DNA from: an uncultured virus (IMG/VR IMGVR_UViG_3300017698_000118)
Lineage: Duplodnaviria > Heunggongvirae > Uroviricota > Caudoviricetes
Reading direction: 5' to 3' (one strand)
DNA: 64,000 bases
Virus record (IMG/VR): IMGVR_UViG_3300017698_000118
Coordinates: 1-64,000 of that record
Part shown: positions 48,421 through 59,571 of the stretch, in pieces
Layout of the letters: the number at the start of each line of letters is the position of its first letter
Numbering within the stretch: position 1 is the stretch's first letter
Program-made: the position numbers and the translations under genes
The notes under the pieces: model-generated
Databases searched by the model: none
The model's input: the letters and a program-made list of their open reading frames with translations, nothing else
Told to the model about the DNA's origin: nothing

Positions 48421-49575
48421 GTGTCTATCGACCTCGCAATTGAACAAGCTAAAGTGGATTTCATCCTTGATACCCCTAAGAGCACATTCCTAACCTCCCT
48501 ACTCTGCTCTGTTAATATCAAAATAAATGATAATATCCCCACTCTCCGTATTAATCCCTTTTCTATGGAAATCTCCTCTAATTTCTTTTTAAGTCTCAAT
48601 AAAGCAGAAAGAAAGACAGTACTGGCTCACGAAGTGATGCACTTAGCATTACAGCATTGTGATGAAGACAGACTGCAAAACCGTGACCCTGGAATCTGGA
48701 ACCAAGCAGGTGACTACGTAATTAATCAAAACTTGCTGGATAAAGGATATGAGCCAATCAAAGGTTGGCTACAGAACGATAAATACATCGGTTACTCCAC
48801 TGAAGAAGTGTACGCTATGCTGGAAAACCAGCAGGAGCCCCCGCCTAACTCTCTAGGCCAAGATGTAGACATGGGTTCTGATGGTGACGATGAAGGGGAA
48901 GAAGGTGCTAAGCCTTCTTCTGAAAAAGCCAATGAACAACTCGAAAAGATTATTCTTAAAGCAGCGGTGGAAGCTGAAATCGTAGGAGAAGATATAGCAG
49001 GTCAACTACCTTCAGATGTCCTACGTAAGATCGATTCTATCCGTAACCCTGTAATACCTTGGCAAGAAGTACTGATGCAGTACATGCTGGATTACGATAA
49101 AAGTGATTACAGTCTATCTCGTCCTAATAAGCGCTTCCTCCCGCACTTTGTTCTGCCCTCTATGCACGCAGAATCATTAGGCAATGTGGCCTTCATCTGT
49201 GATGCTTCTGGCTCTATTGGTCAACGTGAGTTTGAAAAATTCTACAGTGAAGGGGTCGCTGCCCGGGAACAACTCAATCCAGAAAAGTTCACTATCGCTA
49301 GTTTTGATACCAAGATTCAAACAGTAATTGAACTCGCAAGGGATGAGTACATGGATTACTTTCGATTGTCAGGTGGGGGCGGAACCTCTATTGGCCCTGT
49401 GCTTAAATTTATTGAAGAGAAAGCCCCGGACGTAACAGTCATATTCACAGATGGATGTTTCTGGGACACAGATGCCTATGCCCAAGTGAACATTGACACC
49501 CCTATTATCTGGCTAATTGACAAAAACCCAAATTTTACCGCCCCTATTGGGGACATTATTCATTTCGTGGAGTGA
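48421..49575 (+). CDS. Metallopeptidase-vWA protein (N4 gp25-like)
   Basis: HEVMH zinc motif, DASGS MIDAS, GGGGT, IFTDG. Confidence 0.9.
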   Translation: MSIDLAIEQAKVDFILDTPKSTFLTSLLCSVNIKINDNIPTLRINPFSMEISSNFFLSLNKAERKTVLAHEVMHLALQHCDEDRLQNRDPGIWNQAGDYVINQNLLDKGYEPIKGWLQNDKYIGYSTEEVYAMLENQQEPPPNSLGQDVDMGSDGDDEGEEGAKPSSEKANEQLEKIILKAAVEAEIVGEDIAGQLPSDVLRKIDSIRNPVIPWQEVLMQYMLDYDKSDYSLSRPNKRFLPHFVLPSMHAESLGNVAFICDASGSIGQREFEKFYSEGVAAREQLNPEKFTIASFDTKIQTVIELARDEYMDYFRLSGGGGTSIGPVLKFIEEKAPDVTVIFTDGCFWDTDAYAQVNIDTPIIWLIDKNPNFTAPIGDIIHFVE

Positions 49576-52121
49576 CTATGTTAATCCAAGATCAAGCTAA
49601 AGCCATCAACACCACATCATTTGAAACATCAGATTTCAAAATTAATGCATCTGCTCATGCTTTTAAAGTATTAAGTAGTTCACTCTACGAAAATAAAAAA
49701 GTAGCAGTTATCCGAGAACTTGCTGCTAATGCCAGTGATGCTAATAAAGACAACGGAAAAGAAGATATTCCAGTAACCATACAATTGCCCTCAGATTACG
49801 CTAACAATTTGGTCGTAACTGATGTGGGTAAAGGTATGAGTAAAGAACAATTGCAGCATGTTTACACTACCTACTTTGAAAGTACCAAAACAAATTCTAC
49901 TGATAGTATCGGTGGCTTCGGTCTTGGCAGTAAATCTCCTTTTGCATTGACAGATAATTTTACCGTGAATTCTGTAACAGAAAACGGGGAAGAAACTAAT
50001 ATCATTGCTTATCTGGACGGAGGGCAGCCTAAAGTATCTGTTACTTATCACGATAAGAACTCTTCCAAACCTTCTGGCACAACTGTGTCAGTATCTATCA
50101 AAGAAGTTGATACAGCTGAAATTAAAAAAGCTATCTTTGAGTATTATATTTTTAAATATTGGAAGGTTTTTCCTAAGGTCATTGCAGATAGCAAGGAAAT
50201 TAACGATCTTATCGCTATTGCCGAAAAAGCAGCACAAGTTACTTTATCGCGTGATCTAATAAATACCCAAGCAGATTATAAATATTTTGTTAAAGACACA
50301 GAATTTATGGGGAAACAGGTATCATTTAATTCCTCCCAATATAATTTCACAAATATCGTTTATGGTAACTTTTCTTACCAGATCCCTACTGCAATAAGAA
50401 ATGAAATCACAGAATACATTCTCCATGTAAAAAGAAAAAACAAAGTAATGTTTTCAGGGAACTTTATTTTGTATTTCCCTTTAACTGTAGTACTAGAATT
50501 AGCACCTTCCCGAGAAAGGATCGAAGATACAAAACAAAATAGAGAAGTTATTTTTAAAGGGATAGATGCCGTACTTGATAGTTATACGGCTATCTATGAG
50601 AGAAGTTTAGAATACGCTTGTTTGCGCGCCCTCTCTGTAGTTGCTAACTCTCAAGAATTCAACTCTGATGTTATTGATAGATTAAATAAAATTGGGAAAA
50701 GGTATCCTGTATTTAAAAGTATCTGTTGGAGTTTCGTGCACTACTTTAACGAAGTACCTCCAAGACTTATTGGAGTTATGGCGGGAATCCACTCAAAAAG
50801 ATCAAATGATCGGCGTTACGATTTGCCCTACTTTTTTAAAAGCAAATCTAAAGCGAGTAAGGCGTTTTTTTGGTTTTTAATCTTAATGCACAGATTACAA
50901 AATATTTTTAAACTGGGTAATGATAACAACAGTACTACTCTAAATATCGATAATCCTAATTACAGCCAAAATTTCCGTAGTTCAGAAAAAAATATTTTTG
51001 AATTCAATATATACCCTAGAGTATATAAAAGTGCTTTCAATAAGTTAACCGAAGCCACCCCCTACAAACAGTATTCTGTTGTAACCGGGGGTATGATTGT
51101 ACCCGAATTATTGTTTAATGGATTTTATTCTACAGATACAGTACTTATACCTGTAGGCGATTTAACTACTCAGCAAAAAGAGAAATTAGCTAGAATTTTA
51201 ATAAATGATGAGTATGAAAATAATCGACCAGATATCGATTATAAAAAAGTGCTTAATCTCACGAACACTACGCTATCTGACATAGAAACATATAATAACT
51301 TTAATAAAAATAATAAAATTACTTTTAAAAAAGTATACACAAAAGAAGAAATAGTAAAATTAATCAATAGCTACAATATTAAAATTTCTGGAAAAGTTGC
51401 TGGGGATGCAGACCCAACTGTGGGTAAGGTTGTTTACCCTAACAGTCAGGGCTCACAAGTTATTATAACCAGAAATACCTTGTATTCATTGACCGGGAAA
51501 AATTTAGTTTTTCTGAGTAAACACTGTTCAACCGCTTTTATAAGCAGATATGTAAAAAGATTCGGTATTAAAGATGATGATAGTAAAGATTACTTAAATA
51601 AATTTACTTTTATCTGGTTAAATTCAAAAGCCGAGATGAACACTAAGCGTTTTAAAACATTCTGTTCAAGTAAAGCTTGTCAGATTGTGCATCAACGTAC
51701 TTTATCTGATGATAAAATTTACTATTTCAACAATGAAAATGATCATTTAATTGAAAGTTCTTTATTCAGTTTTATTTATGAACAGTCTAAAAAAGAAAAT
51801 AAAGATTTAGCAATTGCTTTTATTATTTACGCTATTTTCTATAGGCATCATCAAAGCAATGAAGAAATTATAGATTTATTATTGAAAAATATTATTGGAG
51901 TTAAAAAAACTAAAGAAATAAATAAAATAAGTATATTTAACCAAATTAAAAGAAATATAAGCACAGTAACTATTAACGGTATCGGGCAGCAGTCCGAAGA
52001 AATTGAAAAAATTATTGAGTTTATTTCATCACTAACAGAATCCACTTGGAAATTTGTGGATAAACCTGTTTTCTTTAAATCCATTAAAACCTTCATCCAA
52101 AAGATAGGAAATATATCATGA
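49572..52121 (+). CDS. rIIA: rIIA-like protein
   Basis: N-terminal GHKL ATPase (IRELAANASDA, DVGKGMS, IGGFGLGSKSPF), PSRE motif; followed by rIIB. Confidence 0.85.
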   Translation: MTMLIQDQAKAINTTSFETSDFKINASAHAFKVLSSSLYENKKVAVIRELAANASDANKDNGKEDIPVTIQLPSDYANNLVVTDVGKGMSKEQLQHVYTTYFESTKTNSTDSIGGFGLGSKSPFALTDNFTVNSVTENGEETNIIAYLDGGQPKVSVTYHDKNSSKPSGTTVSVSIKEVDTAEIKKAIFEYYIFKYWKVFPKVIADSKEINDLIAIAEKAAQVTLSRDLINTQADYKYFVKDTEFMGKQVSFNSSQYNFTNIVYGNFSYQIPTAIRNEITEYILHVKRKNKVMFSGNFILYFPLTVVLELAPSRERIEDTKQNREVIFKGIDAVLDSYTAIYERSLEYACLRALSVVANSQEFNSDVIDRLNKIGKRYPVFKSICWSFVHYFNEVPPRLIGVMAGIHSKRSNDRRYDLPYFFKSKSKASKAFFWFLILMHRLQNIFKLGNDNNSTTLNIDNPNYSQNFRSSEKNIFEFNIYPRVYKSAFNKLTEATPYKQYSVVTGGMIVPELLFNGFYSTDTVLIPVGDLTTQQKEKLARILINDEYENNRPDIDYKKVLNLTNTTLSDIETYNNFNKNNKITFKKVYTKEEIVKLINSYNIKISGKVAGDADPTVGKVVYPNSQGSQVIITRNTLYSLTGKNLVFLSKHCSTAFISRYVKRFGIKDDDSKDYLNKFTFIWLNSKAEMNTKRFKTFCSSKACQIVHQRTLSDDKIYYFNNENDHLIESSLFSFIYEQSKKENKDLAIAFIIYAIFYRHHQSNEEIIDLLLKNIIGVKKTKEINKISIFNQIKRNISTVTINGIGQQSEEIEKIIEFISSLTESTWKFVDKPVFFKSIKTFIQKIGNIS

Positions 52122-53179
52122 GCGAAATTTCTTACATCCTTACACCTGATAGCGTCACTGTTATTATCAAAGGTATCCCTAAAACTGTCACAAGCGATCA
52201 CGAAAATTTTGACAACATTGTGGACGCTCTTGCAAAGCAAGATGTACGACCTCTCTCTGAAGAGGATGTACTGTGTATGATCAACGTATTAAACAAAGCC
52301 GATGAAGTGGCTAAAGAACTTAATATGTCTGGATCAGCTAATAACGGCGATTTCAAATTAAGTGTGAATACTAATATAGGGACTGTAACCGCTACTGTAA
52401 AAGGCTACATATACCCTCTTCCCTCTTCTATCGTAAAACAAATTGTTGCACTCGCTAACCGCAGCGGGAATATCAAAGCTCTGACTGAATTTGTCGGTAA
52501 TCTGATGGAAAATCCCGACATGGAAATCGCAAAAGATCTCTTTGATTTCCTCCAGTCCTGTAAACTCGCTTTGACTCCTGATGGCTGTTTTCTGGCTTAT
52601 AAAAAAGTTAACGGACAGTGGAAAGATAGCCATACAAATACCATTGATAACAGTATCGGTGCCTACGTTTCCATTCCACGTTGGGCAGTCGTGCGTGATC
52701 GTTCCGTGACTTGTTCCCGAGGGCTGCACGTAGCAAGCTGGAATTATGCTCAGGGGTTCTCCGGCACTCATATGGTCGTTGTAAAAGTTAACCCCAAAGA
52801 TGTGGTATCTGTCCCTACTGATTANAATGAAAAAATGCGTGTGTGTGCTTATCAAGTAATCCGTGAAGTAGGTAACGAAAAACTGGAATCAGAAGTATAT
52901 GAAAACGCTATGGAAGCACCTAAAACTCATACTCGCATTGAGCCGGGCGATGAGCATGGTAGCCCTAACAAATCCGTGCACACTTCTAAGTCCTCAAATA
53001 AGCGCACTCAACGTAAGACCCAAAAGAAAAAAGCAACTGTAGGCCAGAAGGGTGGCGTACCTCACAACAAGAAATACAATAGCGAACGCGAACGTCTGGA
53101 TGCCCGCAATGCCCGTCGTCGTGAACTGCGCGCTCAAAAACGTAAAGCTTCTGAAGCAAAATCCTCCGTTAAAGGTTAA
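52118..53179 (+). CDS. rIIB: rIIB-like protein
   Basis: LTPDGCFLAYKKV, CSRGLHVAS and VKVNPKDVVSVP.D...KMRVC.Y motifs. Confidence 0.9.
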   Translation: MSEISYILTPDSVTVIIKGIPKTVTSDHENFDNIVDALAKQDVRPLSEEDVLCMINVLNKADEVAKELNMSGSANNGDFKLSVNTNIGTVTATVKGYIYPLPSSIVKQIVALANRSGNIKALTEFVGNLMENPDMEIAKDLFDFLQSCKLALTPDGCFLAYKKVNGQWKDSHTNTIDNSIGAYVSIPRWAVVRDRSVTCSRGLHVASWNYAQGFSGTHMVVVKVNPKDVVSVPTDXNEKMRVCAYQVIREVGNEKLESEVYENAMEAPKTHTRIEPGDEHGSPNKSVHTSKSSNKRTQRKTQKKKATVGQKGGVPHNKKYNSERERLDARNARRRELRAQKRKASEAKSSVKG

Positions 53180-53192
53180 ATAAGGAATTAAC

Positions 53193-53774
53193 ATGCAAAC
53201 AAATGACTTTGATATGTCAGAATACTCTGGGATGGTTGCCACTTTAGCCAAACCGGGTGAAGCTATTTTAAGCCAGTTAACCCCTCAATACGCCCACCTT
53301 TGGCACATGGCTACAGGTATCATGGGGGAAATGACAGAAGCACTGTTGGCTTACCTGTGTCGCGATTACGCGAATATGGAAGAAGAACTGGGTGACACCG
53401 AGTTCTATTTTGAAGGTAATAGCCAAGGTATTGGACGTGTCTTCGTTTCTCGTGCTATCGCTATTGACAACAATAGCTGGGATTCTGTAGGTACTACTCT
53501 GCAAAATGCAGTTATTGCAGCTGGGGAAGTACTCGACAGAACCAAAAAACTCATCATCTATAACGATGAAAATCGTATGGAAGGTATTATTGAATGGATG
53601 GGTATTCTGCGTGAAAGACTTGATACGCTTTATGCGCTTACCGGTATCTCACGAGTAAAGGCACTAAAGCACAACCAGAATAAACTGGTTAAAGGTAAAA
53701 ATGCTCGTTACGCAGGTGGTAATTACAGTGATGAAGCTGCCCAGAAACGGGCGGATAAGCCTGAAGGCGAATAA
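53193..53774 (+). CDS. MazG-like NTP pyrophosphohydrolase
   Basis: HMATGIMGE..E, EELGDTEFY, N..KL...RY...YSDEAAQ.RADK. Confidence 0.85.
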   Translation: MQTNDFDMSEYSGMVATLAKPGEAILSQLTPQYAHLWHMATGIMGEMTEALLAYLCRDYANMEEELGDTEFYFEGNSQGIGRVFVSRAIAIDNNSWDSVGTTLQNAVIAAGEVLDRTKKLIIYNDENRMEGIIEWMGILRERLDTLYALTGISRVKALKHNQNKLVKGKNARYAGGNYSDEAAQKRADKPEGE

Positions 53775-53791
53775 CTAAAACTTCCCCCTTT

Positions 53792-53818
53792 GCCCCTCTT
53801 AATTGAGGGGCTTTTTTT
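53792..53818 (+). terminator. Intrinsic terminator
   Basis: GCCCCTC-TTAATT-GAGGGGC-TTTTTTT. Confidence 0.85.
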
Positions 53819-53836
53819 ATTAAAGTAGGATTCAAA

Positions 53837-55159
53837 ATGTCTGCACAAAGCACAGAAATCACCCTAACAGAAAATCAAGAAGATGGACTTGCTGCAATGC
53901 TTTCATTTCTTGTGGACACTGAAAAGCAAATTCTTGTCTTAAAAGGGGACTCTGGTGCAGGTAAGACCACTCTGATTAATGAATTCATCATTAGACTGCC
54001 TGAATATATCAAATACATGCGATCAGCAGTGCCAGAGCTTACAGTGCCTCATTTGCATTTAACTGCAACTACCCATAAGGCTGCTCAAGTAATACAGGAC
54101 AAAACAGGAGTAGAAGCCAACACTATTCATTCTTTGTTAAGTCTACGTATCCAACAGAATTATCGTACAGGTGTGGAAGAATTAGCCCCTTACGAAGATG
54201 CTACTACTGTATCTAACGATTTGCGGGGATCATTGATCATCATTGATGAAGCATCGATGATCAGCAGAGTGCTACTCTCTTGGATATTAAAATGTCTGAA
54301 TAAAGACATCAAAATAATTATGGTAGGCGATCCGAACCAAGTTGTCTCCGTAGGGGACTCCACTTCAAAAGCGTTCAATTCCTCTTTCCCTACCTTTCAT
54401 CTGACAGGCACCCAGCGTCAAAAGAAAGGAAACTCTATTTTACAGTTTGCTGATCAAATCAGAGATACTGTTCTTACGGGGGTATTCAACCCAATACAGT
54501 ATGATTGTAAAAATTTAATACATCTCAGTGGACAGGATTTTCAAGAGGAAATTAATTCTAAATTTAAAGATAAAGATTTCTCCAAAAACAATAAAATCAT
54601 TGCTTGGAGAAACGCACGTATTAACGCATACAATAAATATGTGAGAAGTCTTTACACTTCAGAAAATATCCCCCAACCGGGAGAAACATATATCAGTAAT
54701 TCTGCTGTAGTGGCTAGTAATAACTTAATCACCCTACAGAACAATGCAGAAATTGTTATCAAAGAAGCAACCAAGGATTATTTTGGAGAAGATAATTTCC
54801 CAGTATATCGTGTCAAAACCACTAATCCCAAAGCTCCTGACTTCTTCATGCCACGCAATTCAGATGCGTATCATGCTTTTTTGAAAAGTCTAGCAAAAGA
54901 AGCCAAAGCAGATAGAAGATGGTTCCGATATTTCGAGTACAAAAATCAAATAGCAGACCTACGCCCCGGTGCAGCAGTAACTGTACACAAATCACAAGGC
55001 AGCACTTTTGATGAAGTGTTTATTGATTTAGGTGATATCGGTAAATGTAATAATCCAGACACCGTTGCCCGTATGCTGTACGTAGCTGTTACCCGGGCTA
55101 GATCAAAAGTGTACTTCACTGGTGAACTCCCCCCCAAATATAGAGGAGAGAGTCAATGA
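53837..55159 (+). CDS. Dda/RecD-like SF1B DNA helicase
   Basis: GDSGAGKTT, IIDEASMI, GDPNQ, TVHKSQGST and YVAVTRA. Confidence 0.92.
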   Translation: MSAQSTEITLTENQEDGLAAMLSFLVDTEKQILVLKGDSGAGKTTLINEFIIRLPEYIKYMRSAVPELTVPHLHLTATTHKAAQVIQDKTGVEANTIHSLLSLRIQQNYRTGVEELAPYEDATTVSNDLRGSLIIIDEASMISRVLLSWILKCLNKDIKIIMVGDPNQVVSVGDSTSKAFNSSFPTFHLTGTQRQKKGNSILQFADQIRDTVLTGVFNPIQYDCKNLIHLSGQDFQEEINSKFKDKDFSKNNKIIAWRNARINAYNKYVRSLYTSENIPQPGETYISNSAVVASNNLITLQNNAEIVIKEATKDYFGEDNFPVYRVKTTNPKAPDFFMPRNSDAYHAFLKSLAKEAKADRRWFRYFEYKNQIADLRPGAAVTVHKSQGSTFDEVFIDLGDIGKCNNPDTVARMLYVAVTRARSKVYFTGELPPKYRGESQ

Positions 55160-55749
55160 TGTCAGGATACTATAGCAAAGAGCTAACTCTTCCTCCTTTT
55201 CAGCTCTGGGCAGCTAATACACTTTGTCAATTTATTTACAATTTAAATGATTTTTCTGATGATCTTCGTAATCTACTGATAGATATATCCTTAGAAACAC
55301 CAGGAGTAACTCATGGTATTGATCTAGGAAATGCAGTGTACTCAATAAGTATGTCACCTGTGCCTCACATAAATATAAGAGATAAACAATTTCTTAGTTA
55401 TAGGCACCTAACATGGTTTGAGAAAATACTAAAAGAACACGAAAATACTATTAAGCCCTTCCTGTTAACACGTAAATTAGCAGAAAGAGCCTTAGCTAAA
55501 GTTATGACTAATTTTGAACCTAAATTTAGTATCTATGCTATACCTTCAGATTATAGAAAAGCTTTAATAAATAATTACCCAAAACTTAAAAATGGAACTT
55601 ATTTATCAGATGTATCTAAAAACTTCGCTTTTCTATTATCAGAACAAGAAGAAAATATACATAAAGAAATTTTAAAAGATATACAGAAAATTGTTCAACC
55701 TTTGCATGATAGAATTGCGGCAGAAGTTTTTTTGAATAAGGTGATTTGA
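55156..55749 (+). CDS. Hypothetical protein
   Basis: AT-rich 197-aa ORF between helicase and polymerase. Confidence 0.6.
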   Translation: MMSGYYSKELTLPPFQLWAANTLCQFIYNLNDFSDDLRNLLIDISLETPGVTHGIDLGNAVYSISMSPVPHINIRDKQFLSYRHLTWFEKILKEHENTIKPFLLTRKLAERALAKVMTNFEPKFSIYAIPSDYRKALINNYPKLKNGTYLSDVSKNFAFLLSEQEENIHKEILKDIQKIVQPLHDRIAAEVFLNKVI

Positions 55750-58454
55750 TCATGGCTTACATTGATTATGGTACAGAAGAAAAGTATCGTGCAGCTATTT
55801 TAGTAAAAGACTCTATCCTTTCTAAAGAGCAAGTATATAACTATTATATTGAAGATCTTGTTGAATTAGGTATGACCAAAGAAGATATCATTGTCGTTGG
55901 TTTGCCTTATGATACACAAGATAAAGTATCCAACAAAAGCATCAAAGAAAATATCGACAAACTTTTCACCAATCTTCGTAAGAAAGGGGTTAAGTATGTC
56001 ATGGTTGCGGACAGTAAGTATTTTGTTCCTGTCGCTGGATTAAAAAAAGTATCCAACTCTCACGGCTACCGTTTTAATTGCGCTCTCCCGGGGCATGAAG
56101 ATTTCGTTGTAACCCTTGGGGTTAACTACGGTAGTGTCCTGTACAACCCGAGTATGATCAATAAATTAAAACTATGTAACAAAGCTTTTGCAGATATCTA
56201 TTTAGGTATCTATAAAGAACCGGGAAAAACTGCTGTAGAAAAATCAGTAATTTTAGAAAGCGTAGGGGATATACACGAATACTTATACTCTCTGCACAAA
56301 CAGTCAGCCATCACATGTGACATTGAAGCCTTTAACTTAAAATTCTGGAAATCAGGTATTGGTACAATTGCTTTCGCTACCTCACCAACCGAAGGTGCGG
56401 GTTTCCGAGTAGACTACGAAAAAATTAATTTGGAACATTTACCCGGTATATATGGAAAAAATAATCCTAACAGCGAACATGCAAAATCAGTAAGAGCCCT
56501 GCTTGTTGATTTCTTTATGTCTTATCGAGGTAAGGTTTTCTATCACGGTATTAGCTTTGACGCAAAAGTATTGGCATTCCAACTATTCCTATCCAACTAT
56601 CGGGAAGATTTTATACCTGCAATCGAAAGGGAAAAAGCCGTAGCTATTATGCTACGTAAAGCTCACTGCACAAAAGTATTAGCCTATTTATGTACAAATA
56701 ACTGTGCAGAGAATAGCTTAAAACTTAAAGACCAAGCACAAGAAGTTTATGGTAACTGGGCTCAGGATGAAATTAACGATATTCGTAAAATACCTTTAGA
56801 TGAACTTCTTGAATACAACATAGTAGACGCCTGTGCTACCTACTATCTCAAAACAAAGTACTGGGATAAGTTAGAAGAAGAAAGTCAGAAAGATGTGTAT
56901 GAAGAACTTTACGTACCTTTTTATGATGTAGGTATTAACACTGAATTAAATGGTATGCCTCTGTCTTACAGTACTGTCACAAAAAATAAGAAAATTCTTG
57001 AAGATCGTATCGAAAAGATGGGGGAAAAATTAAAAGATTATCAAAACATTAGTACAGTTACTTACAGCATAAAACTATTAAAGAAAGTTGCTGATGATAA
57101 AAAATTGAAAAAAAAGGAAAGAAGTTTGGATGAACTAAGTCATATACAGTTCAATCCCAACTCCTCCGCCCACCAAATTTCTCTTGTGTATGATCTTTGG
57201 AAAGAGCCTGTATTGGAAAAAACTGATAAAGGGCTACCCTCTACTAAAGGGGCGGTGCTTGAAGGTATCTTAAAAAAATACTGCTCTGCTCATAATTTAA
57301 AACAAGAAAACGAATACAGAGATAACAATAACGAGTCAGTAGAGGAATATACTGAACGAGCACAAATACTGCACCTACTTATCCAAATCAAACGTGCAGA
57401 TAAGATTGTTAATACTTTCTTTAGGGCCTTCACTGAAGGCAGAAAAATCAAAGATAAAGACATTATATTCCTTCATGGTAATCTGAACTCTACTGGAACC
57501 AAATCAGGTAGACTATCCAGCTCAGATCCAAATCTACAGAATATTCCTTCCAATGCCGCTCTTGCTAAACTAGTAAAGGAAGCATTTATATCCTTCCCCG
57601 GATACATCTTTGGAGGAGCAGATTTCAGTTCTCTTGAAGATCGTATTTCAGCTCTGACAACCAAAGACCCCAACAAACTTAAAGTCTACACTGACGGCTA
57701 CGATGGCCACTGTCTTCGTGCATTTAATTACTTTGGTCATTTAATGCCAGACATTGATGATGAATCTGACATAGATCTGATTAACTCTATCGCTGATAAA
57801 TATCCTGATCTAAGGCAGGACAGTAAAGCACCTACTTTTCTGCTAACGTACCAAGGTACTTATATTGGTATGATGAAAAATTGTGGTTTCACAGAAGAAA
57901 CTGCTAAGAGTATTGAAGCTAATTACCACGATATGTACAAAGTGTCCGATGAATGGGTTAATGCAAAACTGAAAGAAGCAGCAAAAGTAGGCTATGTTAC
58001 TTTAGCTTTTGGTTTAAAACTCAGAACTCCTTTGCTCCAGCGTTACAAGTACAAAGGCAACAAAGCTATCTTACCTAAAGCTGCCCAGAAAGAGCTCAGA
58101 ACAGCCGGTAATGCATTAGGGCAGTCATACTGTCTACTTAATAATCGTGCAGCTATCGAGTTCACTGAAAGGTTACGTAAGAGCCCTTATCTGGAGAAAG
58201 TATTCACTTGCTGCTTTATCCATGACGCCACATACCTCTAATGGAAAGATGAAATAGAGGTCACTGAGTGGGTCAATAAGAACCTCACTGAGTGTATGGC
58301 ATGGCAGGATCTCCCTGAGATTGAGCATCCTGAAGTAAAACTCTCTGGAGAATTGGACCTGTTCTACCCTAACTGGGGCAATGCAATAACCCTGCCAAAT
58401 AAGGCCAAAGCCTCAGAAATTATAGCAATCGTTAAGAAGACCTTAATAGAATAA
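55746..58454 (+). CDS. Family A DNA polymerase (N4 gp39-like) with in-frame TAA at 58239-58241
   Basis: Exo DIE, TKSGRLSSSDPNLQN, motif A DFSSLEDR, motif B RQDSKAPTFLLTY, motif C IHDA. The frame continues 70 codons past the TAA with the conserved VKLSGELDLFYPNW. Confidence 0.9.
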
Positions 58455-58527
58455 ATTGAGTTCTATTGTTCGGCACTTCTGCATAAAATCAAAAACTTTC
58501 CCATTCCAAACTGACCAAGGGCAAATT

Positions 58528-59562
58528 ATGTCAAAGTATTCTTACGACCCAAGTATCCCCCTAAGTGTGGCACTCTGGCTTACTGTTGATGAGTATGACC
58601 ACATTAATGAACCAAACTACATTAGTGCTACCGGTTTATTGCGCCCCACTCGTCAAGCTATTCTTGCTGGCCGAATAAAGGATTCCCCCTTCGCAGATAA
58701 ATCTATGGATCTTATGCAACGATTCGCTAGCCGAATTGGTACTGCTATCCATAATAGTCTCGATGAAGCATGGGATACCTCATTGGAAAGAGGTTTCAAC
58801 CTCTTGGGTTATCCTGACCATGTAGCTAAAAACACATATGTGTACAACGAAAAAACCGGATTACCTACTGTTGAGCAAATCCAAGAACATCGTGATAAAG
58901 GATCGAATATTGTTATTAAAGAAGTCCGCATGTTCCGTGAATTCCGTGGCTACAAAATTGGCGGTAAAGTCGATTTCGGTGCCAACGGTTCTCCAGAAGA
59001 TTATAAAACAGTAAAGACGTGGGCTTACGGTGACAAAGGCAAACTGGAAAAAGAGCTGATGCAGATCAGTATCTACCGTTGGCTCTATCCAGAGCTGTTT
59101 TGGACAGGCACAGGAACCATTATTCAGTTGTTTCTTGACTGGGTAAAAGGCCGCACCTCTCAAGAAGGTTATCCCCCTTTGCCCATAGCTGCTCATACTA
59201 TGAAACTCTTCTCGGAAGAAGAAGTAGAAAAATACATAGGGGATAAGCTCACTGCCTTGGAAAAATATAAAGACGCCCCTGAGACAGAGATTCCTCGATG
59301 TACCGATGCAGATCTTTGGAAAGGGGAAGACAAGTATAAGTACTACGCTGACCCAGCAAAAGCTCAAGACCCTAAAGCACGTTCTACTAAAAACTTCGAT
59401 AACATCGTGGATGCTGAAGGTTTCCGCCAATCTAAAGGCAAAGGTGTTATCAAAGTTGTGCAAGGGGAAGTAAAAGCATGTGCTTATTGTGCAGGCTATG
59501 ACCTGTGTACCCAGAAAGATGAATATCTGGCTAATGGCACCCTCTCAATCGATATCAATTAA
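58528..59562 (+). CDS. N4 gp42-like PD-(D/E)XK nuclease
   Basis: ISATGLLRP, GTAIH, GKVD...EDYK, C-terminal C.YC....C.Q. Confidence 0.8.
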   Translation: MSKYSYDPSIPLSVALWLTVDEYDHINEPNYISATGLLRPTRQAILAGRIKDSPFADKSMDLMQRFASRIGTAIHNSLDEAWDTSLERGFNLLGYPDHVAKNTYVYNEKTGLPTVEQIQEHRDKGSNIVIKEVRMFREFRGYKIGGKVDFGANGSPEDYKTVKTWAYGDKGKLEKELMQISIYRWLYPELFWTGTGTIIQLFLDWVKGRTSQEGYPPLPIAAHTMKLFSEEEVEKYIGDKLTALEKYKDAPETEIPRCTDADLWKGEDKYKYYADPAKAQDPKARSTKNFDNIVDAEGFRQSKGKGVIKVVQGEVKACAYCAGYDLCTQKDEYLANGTLSIDIN

Positions 59563-59571
59563 GGCTAAACC

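Noticed and set aside
55746..58454. Genome-wide stop-codon recoding
   Set aside because: Core genes are intact in code 11 and end in TAA, TAG and TGA; only isolated internal stops occur.
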